64,000 bases of DNA from the NCBI GenBank assembly GCA_030648055.1, contig JAUSHI010000007.1, positions 49,621 through 113,620 of the forward strand. The letters are read 5' to 3'. Shown here one piece after another: positions 63,282-64,000 of this stretch. This stretch comes from a bacterium (GTDB lineage: Bacteria > Patescibacteriota > Minisyncoccia > Sungbacterales > SURF-37). The notes below the pieces were generated by a model. It made no database searches, was not told the origin of the DNA, and worked only from the letters and a program-made list of their open reading frames with translations. The translations under genes were made by a program, and so were the position numbers. Position 1 is the first letter of the stretch, and the number at the start of each line of letters is the position of its first letter.

Positions 63282-63418
63282 CCTGTAGTGAAAGTTCGAA
63301 TTTGTCGCTGTAGGCGACCAAATATGAAATCGCTATTGGGATCAAACAAATTTAACTAATTTATTGAATAAGATTATGGACAAGTGAACTGTTTCATAAT
63401 TTGAACTTCTACTACGGG
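63282..63418 (+). repeat. Long-range inverted repeat, possible diverged family-A copy (A4)
   Basis: CCTGTAGTGAAAGTTCGAATTTG (63282-63304) pairs (about 20 bp including G-U) with CATAATTTGAACTTCTACTACGGG (63395-63418). The right arm ..CTTCTACTACGGG abuts ATG 63419, as in A1 and A3. Confidence 0.5.
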
Positions 63419-64000
63419 ATGAATACATTTGATTTACAAATTCAAACCTCGGCCTCTGATGGCCGATACACGTCGCGCGAACTTGTTAAGCGCGCCTCGC
63501 TTTTAAAATTAAAAACCATAGCCATAACCGATCACGACACCGTATCCGGAGTTTCCGAGGCGCTATCTGCTGGCGAGGATTACGGCGTTGAAGTTATTCC
63601 TGGAATTGAAATTTCCGCGCACGATGAAGCCGGCGATTTTCACATACTCGCTTTTGGCTTTGATTATAAAAATCCGGCACTTCTTCAGGCACTGGAAGAA
63701 GCCCAGCGCGTAAGGGTTGGGAGGGCAAAAGAAATGGTTGGGTGGCTTCAGAAAATCGGTTTTCAGATAACTTATGAGGATGTGCTACGTTATGCCACCG
63801 GCTCATCGGTAGGCAGGCCGCATATCGCCTCAGCCATACTCGCGAACCCCGAGAACAAAAAAATGCTTGAAGGAATTAATAATGTCGGAAGTTTTATAAG
63901 AGCTTATCTTGTGCCCGGAAAAGGAGCTTATGTTAGTCATGAAAATATATCGGTGCAATCAACGATAAGTTTGGTTCATCAGGCGCGAGGGGTTGCCGTG
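63419..64000 (+). CDS. PHP-domain phosphoesterase-like protein (partial, runs off the window)
   Basis: MNTFDLQIQTSASDG.. and ..IAITDHDT..GIEISAHD. The canonical DLHxHT histidines read Q..Q here. Confidence 0.6.
   Translation, partial: MNTFDLQIQTSASDGRYTSRELVKRASLLKLKTIAITDHDTVSGVSEALSAGEDYGVEVIPGIEISAHDEAGDFHILAFGFDYKNPALLQALEEAQRVRVGRAKEMVGWLQKIGFQITYEDVLRYATGSSVGRPHIASAILANPENKKMLEGINNVGSFIRAYLVPGKGAYVSHENISVQSTISLVHQARGVAV

Noticed and set aside
1-64000. Looked for CRISPR arrays, tRNA or rRNA genes, IS elements or transposases, integrases, reverse transcriptases (DGR, retron), toxin-antitoxin pairs and recoded stop codons.
   Set aside because: There are no regularly spaced direct repeats; the repeat families are dispersed palindromes. 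No T-arm or acceptor-like GGTTCGA..CCA signatures were found in the spacers. No ORF shows the corresponding catalytic motifs. TGA terminates well-supported genes (6345-6347, 22863-22865, 33035-33037, 35772-35774), so code 25 or code 4 is not indicated.

Overview
This 64-kb chromosomal window looks like a small-genome CPR/Patescibacteria (Parcubacteria-like) bacterium. That placement is inferred from gene content and protein style, since no rRNA marker is present. The genetic code is standard: TAA and TGA both terminate well-supported genes. I call 56 protein genes. I found no rRNA, tRNA or CRISPR array, and no transposase, integrase, reverse transcriptase or Cas gene. Core content: an origin-type block jag-yidC-yidD-rnpA-rpmH <> dnaA-dnaN (35.9-41.1 kb); DNA repair and recombination genes (pcrA, uvrB, ruvA, ruvB, ruvC, polA, holA, comM/yifB); RNA and translation genes (rpsO, a NYN-domain gene, pnp, rpsT, tyrS, rsmA, tsaE); envelope genes (PBP1A, a Pcm-MltG fusion, a LysM-M23 peptidase, FemX-like, MurE-like); and a lone PilB/GspE ATPase. 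Accessory content: a ~14-kb co-directional locus (21.9-35.8 kb) encoding a minimal Gram-positive-style type IV secretion-like apparatus (VirB4, VirB6/TrbL-like, PrgI/VirB3-like, VirB2-like pilin) plus adhesin-like surface proteins, with no relaxase or coupling protein. The most unusual signals are non-coding. (i) Most intergenic spacers are filled by long imperfect palindromes that fall into recurring families. Family A (CCGTTAGAAG...CTTCTAACGG, 3-4 copies) ends directly at start codons and carries a 21-codon uORF. Family B has 2 copies plus a mini copy just after stop codons. Family J has 2 copies bracketing the gspE-DHH gene pair, one of them nested in another hairpin. (ii) A ~520-nt ORF-poor, hairpin-rich locus sits between a consensus promoter and a terminator (15.39-15.91 kb, minus strand); I cannot assign it to RNase P, tmRNA or SRP. 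(iii) Next to it lies a diverged second copy of the comM 3' end that differs almost only at synonymous sites, which resembles an att-site scar. (iv) Perfect heptanucleotide tandem arrays occur inside the FemX-like and MurE-like genes and just upstream of holA. (v) Two small, very GC-rich membrane/secreted-protein genes each have a near-consensus sigma70 promoter and a strong terminator, in an AT-rich background. All functional calls rest on motif recognition by eye; no database search was run.
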